The translations under genes were made by a program, and so were the position numbers. From Deltaproteobacteria bacterium (GTDB taxonomy: Bacteria; Desulfobacterota; JBBIRW01): 64,000 bases of DNA. Shown here piece after piece: positions 47,456-57,502 of the stretch. The stretch is taken from positions 12,953 to 76,952 of the forward strand of contig JBBIRW010000003.1 of the NCBI GenBank assembly GCA_037441565.1. Direction: 5' to 3'. Each line of letters begins with the position of its first letter. The first letter of the stretch is position 1. Below the pieces are notes generated by a model, which was not told where the DNA came from, searched no databases, and saw nothing but the letters and a program-made list of their open reading frames with translations.

Positions 47456-48676
47456 CTAACAAACAGGAAATCTCCCATCTAAAAGCATCTCGCAGAATGA
47501 CCCTATACGGGAAAGTTCTTCATCGATTATATGCTCACAGCTTCTCGATATCTTTTTAAAACTCACCCGATCCTTCTTCAATATCTGTGCCGATGCGATC
47601 TTCGGCCGATCAATGGGAGAGCCGATCTGACTGCATAACCACACATATACCTCCCTTATTCCATCCACCTCCTTATATATCCTGTTTGCAATCTGGTGGG
47701 CAAGGATATTGTATATCTTTCCCACATGACTTACAGGATTTTTCCCAGCAGCTGCCTCTGCGCCCGTAGGCCTGTTCAGGGCAATTATCCCGTTTACCCT
47801 GTTCCCCCTCCCAACCTGACCTGAATCTGCATCCTCAGCTGAGGTCCCAAGGACGCTCAAATATACCCCTTCAACCCCCCTCCCTTTCCTGTCAAGGGTA
47901 TTGAAGTACAGGTTGGTATTTCTGAAGTAGCCTTTATTTGAAAGGGTAAAGTTTTTTATTTCCCTCATTACAACCCTCTTTCTCTCGAAATAATATGCCT
48001 CATTCTCGATAAATCTATCTATGAAAGGCATGGCAATGGTAAGGTGGATATCCCTCCCCTCCCTGAACCCCATAACTTTTACATCTTCACCCGTTTCAGG
48101 AAACTTGTTTTTGAACTCTGAAGAATTAAGGAATCTCTCGATCTCCAGAACAAGCTTTTCCGTTGGTGTAAGTGGCGCATAACCAATAGCAGCTGATGTA
48201 TCATTTGATCCATACAATCCCTTCCTGTCCTTTTTGAATATAGATGTAAGTTCCGATGATCCCGGCTTCAACTCAACTTGGTAACGGACATGCTCTTCAG
48301 GATCAACAAACCTCAAATTCTTTCTTATCCAGTCCTTTGCAGTTTCAACTGCAATCTCCTCCACTGCTATCACTTTTCCATCCACCCTGACCGTTGCCCT
48401 ATCACCTATGATAATCTTCATAGGCTCTATAACCCTTCCACCACCAAATCTTCTCTCCACACCACCTGCAACAAGAAGCCCCTTGTCTATGTTAAAATGG
48501 CATATACTCCCTGTGATCCGTAAATACTCGCGCGAAAGTGCCCTTGAGACCTCCTCCATTATGGAATCACATATGAAATCAGGATGACCAAGACCCTTGC
48601 GCTCAACTATCTCAACCTTCTGTTCTTCGATCGGGATTGACTTCAGCTCTTCCACAATTATCTTCCTTATACTCAT
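47456..48676 (-). CDS. archaeal-type S-adenosylmethionine synthetase (methionine adenosyltransferase, PF01941 class)
   Basis: ERKGLGHPDFICDSI, GYAPLTPTEKLVLEIERFLNS and GTSAEDADSGQVGRGNRVNGII...GKNPVSHVGKIYN are near-identical to archaeal MAT signatures. The start is trimmed to ATG 48676 (MSIRKIIVEE), which has a GGAGAGGGG RBS. Confidence 0.9.
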   Translation of the reverse strand: MSIRKIIVEELKSIPIEEQKVEIVERKGLGHPDFICDSIMEEVSRALSREYLRITGSICHFNIDKGLLVAGGVERRFGGGRVIEPMKIIIGDRATVRVDGKVIAVEEIAVETAKDWIRKNLRFVDPEEHVRYQVELKPGSSELTSIFKKDRKGLYGSNDTSAAIGYAPLTPTEKLVLEIERFLNSSEFKNKFPETGEDVKVMGFREGRDIHLTIAMPFIDRFIENEAYYFERKRVVMREIKNFTLSNKGYFRNTNLYFNTLDRKGRGVEGVYLSVLGTSAEDADSGQVGRGNRVNGIIALNRPTGAEAAAGKNPVSHVGKIYNILAHQIANRIYKEVDGIREVYVWLCSQIGSPIDRPKIASAQILKKDRVSFKKISRSCEHIIDEELSRIGSFCEMLLDGRFPVC

Positions 48677-48833
48677 CCTTCCCCTCTCCATTTTCCTTTT
48701 TTCTCTTCTGGATTGCCTGCTGGGCAATACACTCCCCATCCGTTGGATCACAACCCTTCTCTCTCAATTCACACCATCCATCCATGCTGTACTTGCAATA
48801 CATCTATTCCTTTTTACCACAAAAAGGGCTCGA

Positions 48834-50204
48834 CTATAAACCCCTTATTTTCTTTTTCAAGTCCCTCAGCAGGTCAATATCCCACCCTGACTTTCTACAG
48901 CATAGTATGGAATTGTTATGAAAGAGGGGCTCCTCCTCAATGGGAAATGGTGATGCAGCAACAGCCTCTTTCCACATCTCTGTTCCAGGAATGGGTGAGT
49001 ATTCAACAAGTATCGGTTTTGCACCGCAGGTATGAACGAATATGGCCGTATCGAGAACCTCATGGGAGCGCTGTCCTGGAAGACCGCACATTATATAAAC
49101 CCCTATATCATCCCTCCTGTATCCAGCTTTTCTAAGGGATTTTACACAATCAATGAATTCACTCTCCGTTACCTTCGCTCCTTCTCTTTCATGCCACTCA
49201 TCATCCTTTACCTCAAATCCAAGTCTTATGGTTTTGAATCCTGAAAGATAAAGTAACCGAGCAACCTCCTCATCTATAAACCTTATATGAAGCCCGTTGG
49301 GACAGTGAAACCTGAGTTGAAGATTCTTCTTGATTATCTCTTTGAGTAATGGGACAAAATATTCATATGCATTAACAAGGAGCGCATCGTCGTAGAACAC
49401 AAAATCAAGGCAGCCAAATCTGTTATGCCAGTAAAGGACCTCCTTTAAAACATTCTCAGGTGTTCTTCTTTTAAATGAAGGAAAGAGCATATTGGAGGCA
49501 CAGTAAGAACATTGGAATGGGCAGCCTCTCGAGGTCAGGATAGTAACATAATCGATCCTTTTCAAAAGATCAAAGGCGGGGTATGGAAGGGTTTCCGGTG
49601 AAAGCGCATCGGGAACAAAATCGGGTTCGAACTTGAATAACCCCTTAATTACTTGCAAAATTTCATTTTCACCATAGCCCTTAATAACATAATCAGCCCC
49701 GGAATATTTGAGTGCATGCTCATGGCAGAGTGTCGCATATATTCCACCCAGTACCACAGGTATCCCTGGAAAGTTCCTCTTAAGGATTGATATAGCTTCA
49801 AAAACACCCTGATACCAGTATGTCATCCCTGATGTGACAAGGATGAGATCAGGTGGAGGGGAGATACTTAACTCCCTGAGAAACAGGTCCTCCGGATAAC
49901 CAAACCTCTTGTACCTCCTTGGTATCGATGAAAGCTTTTCGGGCTTCTTCGCTTCAGTCCAGAAGAACTCTCCTCTGCCGTCAAACCTTCTCTTAATCGG
50001 TTTTCTCCTATAAAGCCCCAAGCAGGGATGGTGTACATCCAGTGCATCTATAAGGGTGATTGCAAAGCCATTCTCTCTTAAAATGGATGCAATATAAAGA
50101 AGGCCAAGGGGTTTTGCCCAGAGATCAAAGTAAGAAAAATCGTAAACCCATGGATTGATCAGAAGGACATGCCTTTTGCCTTCCATCCCTATAAATGTTA
50201 TCAT
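48834..50204 (-). CDS. B12-binding-domain radical SAM enzyme (class B)
   Basis: N-terminal cobalamin-binding Rossmann domain (VLLINPW...LGLLYIASILRENG) and a radical SAM core (TSRGCPFQCSYCAS). The start is trimmed to ATG 50204 (MITFIG) or 50186 (MEGKRH); the longer track ORF would overlap dtd. Confidence 0.82.
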   Translation of the reverse strand: MITFIGMEGKRHVLLINPWVYDFSYFDLWAKPLGLLYIASILRENGFAITLIDALDVHHPCLGLYRRKPIKRRFDGRGEFFWTEAKKPEKLSSIPRRYKRFGYPEDLFLRELSISPPPDLILVTSGMTYWYQGVFEAISILKRNFPGIPVVLGGIYATLCHEHALKYSGADYVIKGYGENEILQVIKGLFKFEPDFVPDALSPETLPYPAFDLLKRIDYVTILTSRGCPFQCSYCASNMLFPSFKRRTPENVLKEVLYWHNRFGCLDFVFYDDALLVNAYEYFVPLLKEIIKKNLQLRFHCPNGLHIRFIDEEVARLLYLSGFKTIRLGFEVKDDEWHEREGAKVTESEFIDCVKSLRKAGYRRDDIGVYIMCGLPGQRSHEVLDTAIFVHTCGAKPILVEYSPIPGTEMWKEAVAASPFPIEEEPLFHNNSILCCRKSGWDIDLLRDLKKKIRGL

Positions 50205-50235
50205 TCCATAAATATAATATAAACGGGTTGCAGAA

Positions 50236-50685
50236 TTGAGGGCAGTTGTCCAGAGGGTGAAAAGGGCTGAAGTGAGGGTTAATGGAGTCATTTGTGGTTC
50301 CATAGGGAAGGGGCTTGTTGTTCTTATTGCAATCGGAAGGGAAGATGGGGATGAAGATATAAGCTATATGGTTTCAAAAATATTGAATCTGAGAATCTTT
50401 GAGGATGAACAGGGGAAGATGAATCTCTCACTCAAAGATATCTCAGGGGAACTCCTCATTGTCTCCCAATTCACACTATATGGCGATTGTAGAAAGGGAA
50501 GAAGACCCAATTTCCTTGAAGCTGCACCGCCAGAGCAAGCACTACTTCTTTACAGCAGATTTATAGATGAAATAAGAAAAGAGGGATTCGACCCAAAACA
50601 GGGTGAATTCCAGAAGATGATGGAGCTTGAGCTTGTAAATGATGGTCCTGTTACCATCCTTCTTGACAGCAAAAGGATATTCTAA
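50236..50685 (+). CDS. dtd: D-aminoacyl-tRNA deacylase
   Basis: SQFTLY motif and Gly-cisPro-like region of Dtd, 149 aa. The initiation codon at 50236 is TTG. Confidence 0.88.
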   Translation: MRAVVQRVKRAEVRVNGVICGSIGKGLVVLIAIGREDGDEDISYMVSKILNLRIFEDEQGKMNLSLKDISGELLIVSQFTLYGDCRKGRRPNFLEAAPPEQALLLYSRFIDEIRKEGFDPKQGEFQKMMELELVNDGPVTILLDSKRIF

Positions 50686-51365
50686 AGCTCTAACTCCTCA
50701 CCTGGTTTCAGAATTATGCACTTTGTTTCCGTTCCTGCTATCTTTTCAGAAAATCTCTCTGGATCAGCCTTTATAATATCAAATGTATCGTAGTGCATCG
50801 GTATAACAAAAGCTGGTTTCAGCATTTTTACTGCCTCAGCTGCATCATCGATACCCATTGTGAAGTTATCACCTATTGGTATCATAGCGAGATCAATCTT
50901 TTTACTCCTTCCCAGAAGCTCCATATCGCCGAAAAGACCTGTATCTCCAGGATGATAGATCCTTTTACCTCCGATCTCGATCAGGAAGCCACAGGGATTG
51001 CCCGTATACTCTATCGTATCCCCGACGACTGCTGAACCATGAAGTGCAGGTGTCAATTTAACCATTCCAAAATCAAATTTGAAACTTCCACCTATGTGCA
51101 TCGGATGAACCTTTGCACCCTGCCTCTGGCAATACATAGCAAGCTCAAAAGGTGCAATTATCGTTGCATCAGTCCTTTTTGCAATAGGAATTGCATCGCC
51201 AAGATGATCCCCATGACCGTGTGTAACAAGTATGTACTGAACACTTATATCTTCCATCTTCATAGCCGCCTTTGGATTTCCGGTGATGAATGGATCTATT
51301 ACAATCCTGTAATTGTTGTGGGTTATGAGGAAGGCTGCATGGCCGATAAATTTTACCTTTGGCAT
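50682..51365 (-). CDS. metallo-beta-lactamase-fold metal-dependent hydrolase (UPF0173-like)
   Basis: HxHxDH motif ([11 protein letters not shown]) plus downstream His/Asp ligands, 227 aa. Confidence 0.8.
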   Translation of the reverse strand: MPKVKFIGHAAFLITHNNYRIVIDPFITGNPKAAMKMEDISVQYILVTHGHGDHLGDAIPIAKRTDATIIAPFELAMYCQRQGAKVHPMHIGGSFKFDFGMVKLTPALHGSAVVGDTIEYTGNPCGFLIEIGGKRIYHPGDTGLFGDMELLGRSKKIDLAMIPIGDNFTMGIDDAAEAVKMLKPAFVIPMHYDTFDIIKADPERFSEKIAGTETKCIILKPGEELEL

Positions 51366-51395
51366 TATCTCCCCCTTTCTTTATTCAGGAAGCAA

Positions 51396-52313
51396 TCAGT
51401 AAATAAAAAGTGGTTTGTTATCCTGTATTATTCTCTGTTGCTCTTCCAGTTCTGTTCTCAAATACCTCGGAAGCGAGAACATACCTATGTGTGCTGTTCC
51501 ATCGTAGAATTTGAGTTCACCGGAAATACGTGTGCCAACTCTCCTGTCGATCTCCTCCTTTTTAATAGAAAGCGGATCGAGCCCGCGGGTTGCCATATTA
51601 AATCCCCACGGTTGTCCGAAAGATGATATAGGAACCCAGTATGGTGCAACAACGGGAAAAACGACTTTCAATGTTCTGTGGATTGCCGTAAAGCTCAACA
51701 ACTCGCCCACCTTTGTGCTTCCCGATTGAATAGCAACAATCCCATCCTCTGTCAGTCTTTCCTTCAGTATTTTGAAAAACTCAACAGTAAATAATAAGTA
51801 TGATGGTCCCTCTTCAATGGGATCGGTACTATCCATAAGTATCACATCAAACTTCTCCTCAGTTTCTTCCAGATACTTTCTTGCATCAGCATATATAATC
51901 CCTGCCCTGCTATCGTAAAAAGAGCCGCAGTGGATCTCCGGCAAGTATTCCTTGCAACTTTCAACAACATCCCTGTCTATATCAACCATAAGAACCCTTT
52001 TAACAGTCTTATGCTTAAGTATCTCCCTCAGTGTTGCTCCCTCTCCACCACCAACAATAAAGACCTTTTCAGGACATGGATGGAGTATCATTGCAGGGTG
52101 AACAAGTGTTTCATGATATAGGAACTCATCCTTCTCCGTTGACTGAACCTTTCCATCGAGGATAAGACTTTTCCCATAGCTTCCAAGCTCAACAATATCA
52201 AGATTCTGATAAGGTGTTTTTTTAGAAAAGATGATCCTCTTTATTGAATGGAGATGAGCCTCATCAGGACTCAGGTAGTCAAAAAACCATTTTGTATTCT
52301 TTTGCTCCATCAC
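51396..52313 (-). CDS. speE: spermidine synthase (aminopropyltransferase)
   Basis: N-terminal tetramerisation domain plus ...VFIVGGGEGATLREILKH... and ...DSTDP... aminopropyltransferase motifs. Confidence 0.9.
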   Translation of the reverse strand: MMEQKNTKWFFDYLSPDEAHLHSIKRIIFSKKTPYQNLDIVELGSYGKSLILDGKVQSTEKDEFLYHETLVHPAMILHPCPEKVFIVGGGEGATLREILKHKTVKRVLMVDIDRDVVESCKEYLPEIHCGSFYDSRAGIIYADARKYLEETEEKFDVILMDSTDPIEEGPSYLLFTVEFFKILKERLTEDGIVAIQSGSTKVGELLSFTAIHRTLKVVFPVVAPYWVPISSFGQPWGFNMATRGLDPLSIKKEEIDRRVGTRISGELKFYDGTAHIGMFSLPRYLRTELEEQQRIIQDNKPLFIY

Positions 52314-52707
52314 TTTCTCCGCTTTTCTCTACCTTATGAGGGAGTTCTGAAATAGAAACCGAGAGAATTCCGCGGCTGATTTCCACTATCTGCGGACTTT
52401 TTGATTGGAACCTTTCTATGAGGTATTCAGCAGCCTTCTCAGGTTTGAGCTGGGTTCCACAGGTAAATATATCACATGCGGCATATCCATATTCAGGCCA
52501 TGTATGAATGGAAAGATGGGATTCCGCAATGATAACCACGCCGCTTATTCCAAACGGATTGAATCTGTGAAAGCATGCCTCGACAATTGTTGCACCGGAT
52601 CGCCTGGCTGCTTCCATTAAGACCTCTTTGATCCCCTCGATGTCATCAAGAATTTTTGTTTCGCACTCCCTGAGTTCGAGCAGTATATGTCTTCCCAGGG
52701 CTTTCAA
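52279..52707 (-). CDS. speH: S-adenosylmethionine decarboxylase proenzyme (small class 1, SpeH-type)
   Basis: Processing-site motif ESHLSIHTWPE (Ser pyruvoyl precursor), 142 aa. Confidence 0.88.
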   Translation of the reverse strand: MKALGRHILLELRECETKILDDIEGIKEVLMEAARRSGATIVEACFHRFNPFGISGVVIIAESHLSIHTWPEYGYAACDIFTCGTQLKPEKAAEYLIERFQSKSPQIVEISRGILSVSISELPHKVEKSGESDGAKEYKMVF

Positions 52708-52801
52708 TCCTCATCCTCCACATCAATCTTTATGTCACCTTTAAAATAGAAACATCAAAGCTAAAATATATATAAATGATTTTATCATTGCAAGAAAAAT
52801 T

Positions 52802-53485
52802 TCAATTACCTCCCCTTTTTAACCCTCCTTTCCCAAACCTTTTTCCAAGTTCTTTGAAAATATCATCGGGTGTTATTTCGCAGTAACCCATGATCAGCAG
52901 GGAGTGAAACCATAGATCTGCTATCTCATATATAATCCCTTCTTTGACTCCATCCTTTGCACTGAGACAGACTTCTCCTGCCTCCTCAATAATCTTCTTT
53001 AAAATCCCATCCAGCCCCTTCTTCATCATATGTGAAACATAAGAATTCTCCTTTGGATGGATCTTCCTGTCCACAATGACATTGTAAATCTTCTTTATTA
53101 TAGCTGATCCATATAGCTCTTCAGGTCCGATCTCCCTTTCTATAATAGTGGATGATCCGCTGCTCCCCCACTTTCTGAAAAAGCAACTTTTATATCCCTC
53201 ATGACAGCAAACACCATGTTGCTTTACTTTAAGAAGTATTGCGTCCAGATCACAGTCGTAAAATACCTCTTTTACCTCCTGTATATTTCCCGACTCCTCA
53301 CCCTTCATCCAGATTCTATTCCTCGATCTGCTAAAGAAATGCGAATAACCTGTTTTTACTGTTCTCTCTACTGCCTCCCTGTTCATATATGCGAGCATCA
53401 GAACCTCTCCACCTTCAGCATCCTGAACGATTGCCGGAATAAGGCCTCTCTCATCAAACTTTACAATACCCATCAGGTCTTCCAA
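52802..53485 (-). CDS. hisI: bifunctional phosphoribosyl-AMP cyclohydrolase / phosphoribosyl-ATP pyrophosphatase
   Basis: HisI domain (LIPAIVQD...VLMLAYMN...[11 protein letters not shown]) fused to a HisE MazG-like C-terminus. Confidence 0.9.
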   Translation of the reverse strand: MEDLMGIVKFDERGLIPAIVQDAEGGEVLMLAYMNREAVERTVKTGYSHFFSRSRNRIWMKGEESGNIQEVKEVFYDCDLDAILLKVKQHGVCCHEGYKSCFFRKWGSSGSSTIIEREIGPEELYGSAIIKKIYNVIVDRKIHPKENSYVSHMMKKGLDGILKKIIEEAGEVCLSAKDGVKEGIIYEIADLWFHSLLIMGYCEITPDDIFKELGKRFGKGGLKRGGN

Positions 53486-53498
53486 ATTCCACCTCCTT

Positions 53499-54257
53499 TT
53501 AAATGATCCTCACAGGAATACCCTTTGATCTTAAATATTCTTTTACTTCATTTATCGTATACTCACGAAAGTGAAATATCGATGCTGCCAGTGCAGCATC
53601 AGCAAAACCCTCTGCAAATACCCTCCAGATATGTACAGCTGATCCCGCACCACCCGATGCAATAACAGGTATATTAACTGAAAGTGAAACCTTCTTTGTA
53701 AGCTCTATATCATATCCATCCTTTGTTCCGTCCATATCCATGCTTGTAAGAAGTATTTCACCTGCGCCAAGTTTTTCTACATCCTTTGCCCACTGAATTG
53801 CATCGATGCCTGTTTCCCTTCTTCCACCATGTGTGTAGACAACCCAGCTATCACCTTTCCTTTTTGCATCAATGGCAACGACAATACACTGGCTTCCAAA
53901 TTTCCACGCTGCCTCGGCAACAATGGATGGATTCTCAACCGCTGCTGTATTAATAGAAACCTTATCAGCCCCCGCATTCAGAAGATCTCTTATATCATCA
54001 AGCGTTCTTATACCTCCTCCTACAGTAAGGGGCATGAAAACCTCAGCAGCTGTTCTTTCCACAACATTGAGCATTATCTTCCTTTTTTCGTATGATGCTG
54101 TTATGTCAAGAAAGGTCAGCTCATCTGCACCTTCATCCTCATAAAATTTTGCATTAATAACAGGATCCCCCGCATCCCTGAGGCTAAGAAATCTTATACC
54201 TTTGACAACCCTTCCATCCTTAACATCAAGGCATGGTATTATCCTCTTTGCAAGCAT
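53499..54257 (-). CDS. hisF: imidazole glycerol phosphate synthase cyclase subunit
   Basis: (beta/alpha)8 HisF motifs: [29 protein letters not shown] and GGGIR. Confidence 0.93.
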   Translation of the reverse strand: MLAKRIIPCLDVKDGRVVKGIRFLSLRDAGDPVINAKFYEDEGADELTFLDITASYEKRKIMLNVVERTAAEVFMPLTVGGGIRTLDDIRDLLNAGADKVSINTAAVENPSIVAEAAWKFGSQCIVVAIDAKRKGDSWVVYTHGGRRETGIDAIQWAKDVEKLGAGEILLTSMDMDGTKDGYDIELTKKVSLSVNIPVIASGGAGSAVHIWRVFAEGFADAALAASIFHFREYTINEVKEYLRSKGIPVRII

Positions 54258-54268
54258 GCGAGATCCCT

Positions 54269-55024
54269 CTAAAGAGATTTCTTCCTTAACAGATCGATTG
54301 CATTCCTTAATGAAATCGCACCTGTGTAGAGTGCCTTTCCGATAATAATACCCTTAAGATTTTCAGCCCCTATATTAAGGATCGATTCAACATCTGCAAG
54401 CGATGATATCCCACCCGATACGATAACAGGAATCCTCGTGTTCTCAAGCACCCTCTTCAATAAATCAATATTGGGTCCCTTAAGTGTTCCATCCCTGCTT
54501 ATGTCCGTATAAACTATTCCACCAACGCCTCTTCCTTCCATCATCCTGATAAATTCCTCTGGTGCAAAATTACTCACACTCCTCCAACCCCTTATTGCAA
54601 CCTTTCCAGATTTTACATCCATCGCAACATACACCCTTCGAGGGTATATCGAACAGACTGTGCTTACAAAACTCGCATCCTCAACAGCGGATGTGCCAAG
54701 AATGATCCGTTCAACACCCCAGGAGAGATATTCCTCTATATCCTCCATCTTTCTCAATCCACCCCCAACCTGGATGGAAACGCCTGCTTTATCTATTATC
54801 CTTTTTATCAAATCCTTATTTACTGCCCTTCCCTCGAAAGCACCATCAAGATCAACGACGTGAACTATCCTTGCACCCTCCTGACCCCATCTTATAGCAA
54901 CATCAACAGGGGACAGTGAGTAGATCTGCATCTTTTCCACCATCCCCTGAATAAGTCTTACAACCTTTCCATCCTTTATATCTATTGCAGGGATTATATC
55001 CAAGGTCGACCTCAGCTGATCCAT
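54269..55024 (-). CDS. hisA: 1-(5-phosphoribosyl)-5-[(5-phosphoribosylamino)methylideneamino]imidazole-4-carboxamide isomerase
   Basis: HisA motifs [23 protein letters not shown] and VSGGISS. Confidence 0.92.
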   Translation of the reverse strand: MDQLRSTLDIIPAIDIKDGKVVRLIQGMVEKMQIYSLSPVDVAIRWGQEGARIVHVVDLDGAFEGRAVNKDLIKRIIDKAGVSIQVGGGLRKMEDIEEYLSWGVERIILGTSAVEDASFVSTVCSIYPRRVYVAMDVKSGKVAIRGWRSVSNFAPEEFIRMMEGRGVGGIVYTDISRDGTLKGPNIDLLKRVLENTRIPVIVSGGISSLADVESILNIGAENLKGIIIGKALYTGAISLRNAIDLLRKKSL

Positions 55025-55632
55025 TTCATGAAGTTGGAAAGAAATCTCAAACCCTTTTTCTGGCTTTTCTCAGGGTGAAACTGCACAGCAACTATATTAT
55101 CCACTGCAATGGCTGAAACAAATTCTATTCCATAATCCGATGTCATAAGCACAACTGAACTATCATCAGGTTCAACATAGTATGAATGCACAAAATAGAA
55201 ATATTCCCCATCCTCCAGACCATCAAAAACAGGATGGGATTTTTTCATCCTTACCTTATTCCATCCCATGTGTGGTATCTTAAAGGGAGAGCAGGAATCT
55301 TTAAATGAAAATCTCTTCACACTACCCCTCAGTATATTCAATCCAGGGGTCTTCCCGAACTCTTCACTTTCAGTGAATAAAATCTGCAGTCCAAGACATA
55401 TTCCAAGGTATGGTTTCCCTGCTCTTATTTCATCCCTCAATATATCAATGAGTCCCATCGCCTTTAGATTCTCCATACAATCCCTGAATGCACCCACACC
55501 CGGTAGAACTATCGCATCTGAAGATTTTATCGCAAACTTATCCGAGCTAACAAAAGCGGGTGCACCAATCTTCTCAAATGCTTTCAAAACACTCCTCAGA
55601 TTTCCCATCCCGTAATCTACTATTGCTATCAT
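55012..55632 (-). CDS. hisH: imidazole glycerol phosphate synthase glutaminase subunit
   Basis: Class I glutamine amidotransferase with the Cys-His-Glu triad context (GICLGLQ...HSY). Confidence 0.92.
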   Translation of the reverse strand: MIAIVDYGMGNLRSVLKAFEKIGAPAFVSSDKFAIKSSDAIVLPGVGAFRDCMENLKAMGLIDILRDEIRAGKPYLGICLGLQILFTESEEFGKTPGLNILRGSVKRFSFKDSCSPFKIPHMGWNKVRMKKSHPVFDGLEDGEYFYFVHSYYVEPDDSSVVLMTSDYGIEFVSAIAVDNIVAVQFHPEKSQKKGLRFLSNFMKWIS

Positions 55633-56213
55633 AGAAACCCTTTTGTTGAAGGAACATCCGTCAATCTCTCATCCTCCCTGGTTGCCTCCTTAATTGCCCT
55701 CCCCAGTGATTTAAATATTGCTTCTGCTATATGATGCATGTTTCTTCCGTAAATGAGATTAATATGGATTGTGACTCCCCCATGCACGCAAAATGCCTGA
55801 AGAAATGTTTCAATAAGCTCCATGTCAAATTTTCCGCTCCTCTTTCTCCTCACATCTACATTGTAGACAAGGTATGGTCTTCCACTGAGATCAACAACAC
55901 TCTGCGCCAGTGTTTCATCCATCGGGACTGTTGCTTCACCGTATCTGTTTATTCCCCTTTTATCGCCCACTGCCTTTTTTAATGCCTCACCAAGACATAT
56001 TCCAACATCCTCGACGGTATGATGGTAATCCACATCCACATCACCCTTTGCATGGATGAAAAGATCAAAGAGTGCATGTTTCGCCATTAGTGAAAGCATG
56101 TGATCGAAAAATGGTATCGATGTTGAAATTTCATATTTCCCGCTTCCATCGATATTCAATTCCACCCTTATATCGGTTTCAGAACTCTTTCTTTCTACAA
56201 AAGCCCTCCTCAT
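55629..56213 (-). CDS. hisB: imidazoleglycerol-phosphate dehydratase (monofunctional)
   Basis: IGPD motifs (...HH..ED.GI..G...) in a 194-aa protein with no fused phosphatase domain. Confidence 0.9.
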   Translation of the reverse strand: MRRAFVERKSSETDIRVELNIDGSGKYEISTSIPFFDHMLSLMAKHALFDLFIHAKGDVDVDYHHTVEDVGICLGEALKKAVGDKRGINRYGEATVPMDETLAQSVVDLSGRPYLVYNVDVRRKRSGKFDMELIETFLQAFCVHGGVTIHINLIYGRNMHHIAEAIFKSLGRAIKEATREDERLTDVPSTKGFL

Positions 56214-57502
56214 TTCTCCTCCATCCTTATTATAATGGATCTTCCATGCCCCTCAAGACCCTCCATCCCTGATAACAAAATGGCAAAATTACCCATCCTC
56301 CTGAGGGAGCTTTCAGTCATGGATATTATGTTTGTCCTCTTAATAAAATCATCAACATCCAGTGGTGAAGAAAAACGGGCGCATCCTCCAGTTGGGAGCG
56401 TATGGTTAGGTCCCGCAATATAATCCCCTATTGCCTCAGGACTGTAGGAACCAAGGAATACGGCACCAGCATTCCTGATACCGGGAAGAAATTTCCATGG
56501 ATCCTTCACAGCAAGCTCAAGGTGCTCGGGTGCAATCTCATTCACAATCTCCAGGGCTTCATCGATATTGCTTGCAACAAGGATGAATCCTCTACTCTCA
56601 AGCGATTTATTCGCAATCGCCGCTCTGGGAAGCGTTGAAATCTGCAATCTTATCTCGTCAAGAATAAGAGACGTAATATCCTCATCTATAGTTATTACAC
56701 CCGCAAGAGCGTCTTCATCATGTTCTGCCTGCGAGAGAAGATCAGATGCTATATACCGTGCTGGAGTGCTCCCATCGGTCAATATCAGTATCTCACTTGG
56801 ACCCGCAATCATATCGATCCCCACATCGCCAAAAACAAGCCTCTTGGCTGTCTCAACATAGATATTTCCTGGACCAACAATCTTGTCCACTCTGGGAACA
56901 GTGGCTGTTCCATATGCGAATGCGGCGATCGCCTGTGCACCTCCTATCCTGAAGATGCGTTTAACACCTGCAAGTTCTGCAGCAACAAGCACAGCAGGGT
57001 TTATCCCCTCAGATGATGGAGGTGTTGCCATATATATTTCGGAAACACCCGCTATATTTGCAGGAACTGCATTCATAAGAACAGTTGATGGATAGCTAGC
57101 CTTTCCTCCAGGAACATAGATTCCAACCCTTTTAAGGGGTCTAACAATCTGTCCAAGCACGATACCATCTTCACAATCATTAAACCATGAGAGAAAACTT
57201 CTCCTGCTGTGAAATTTCTCTATCCTCTCCTTCGCCAATTTAAGCGCAGCAAACTGCTCATCCGAAATTCTCCTTCTTGCATTTAAAATCTCCTCATCTT
57301 TTACAATGAGTTCATTCTCCTTCATCTCAATCCCATCGATCTCCCTTGTCAATCTCAAAATGGCACTATCTCCATGATTGCGAACATCTTCGATAATCCT
57401 CTTTACCCTTTCCAGAACAGCCCTCTCCCTCTCAGTATCCCTCTTTATTCTTTCAAACAGTTCTCTTCTGAAGGCAGTGTTTTTCGTATTGAAAATCTTC
57501 AT
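56210..57502 (-). CDS. hisD: histidinol dehydrogenase
   Basis: 430 aa with conserved HisD regions (...GPGNIYV..AK...; ...SQAEHDE...). Confidence 0.92.
   Translation of the reverse strand: MKIFNTKNTAFRRELFERIKRDTERERAVLERVKRIIEDVRNHGDSAILRLTREIDGIEMKENELIVKDEEILNARRRISDEQFAALKLAKERIEKFHSRRSFLSWFNDCEDGIVLGQIVRPLKRVGIYVPGGKASYPSTVLMNAVPANIAGVSEIYMATPPSSEGINPAVLVAAELAGVKRIFRIGGAQAIAAFAYGTATVPRVDKIVGPGNIYVETAKRLVFGDVGIDMIAGPSEILILTDGSTPARYIASDLLSQAEHDEDALAGVITIDEDITSLILDEIRLQISTLPRAAIANKSLESRGFILVASNIDEALEIVNEIAPEHLELAVKDPWKFLPGIRNAGAVFLGSYSPEAIGDYIAGPNHTLPTGGCARFSSPLDVDDFIKRTNIISMTESSLRRMGNFAILLSGMEGLEGHGRSIIIRMEEK

Noticed and set aside
48677-48833. Possible SAM riboswitch in the leader of the archaeal-type SAM synthetase gene
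   Set aside because: Only a short 6-bp hairpin and a GGAUGG repeat are visible. None of the conserved SAM-I (S-box) or SAM-II/V core sequences can be recognised by eye. It is left as something to test with covariance models, not claimed.
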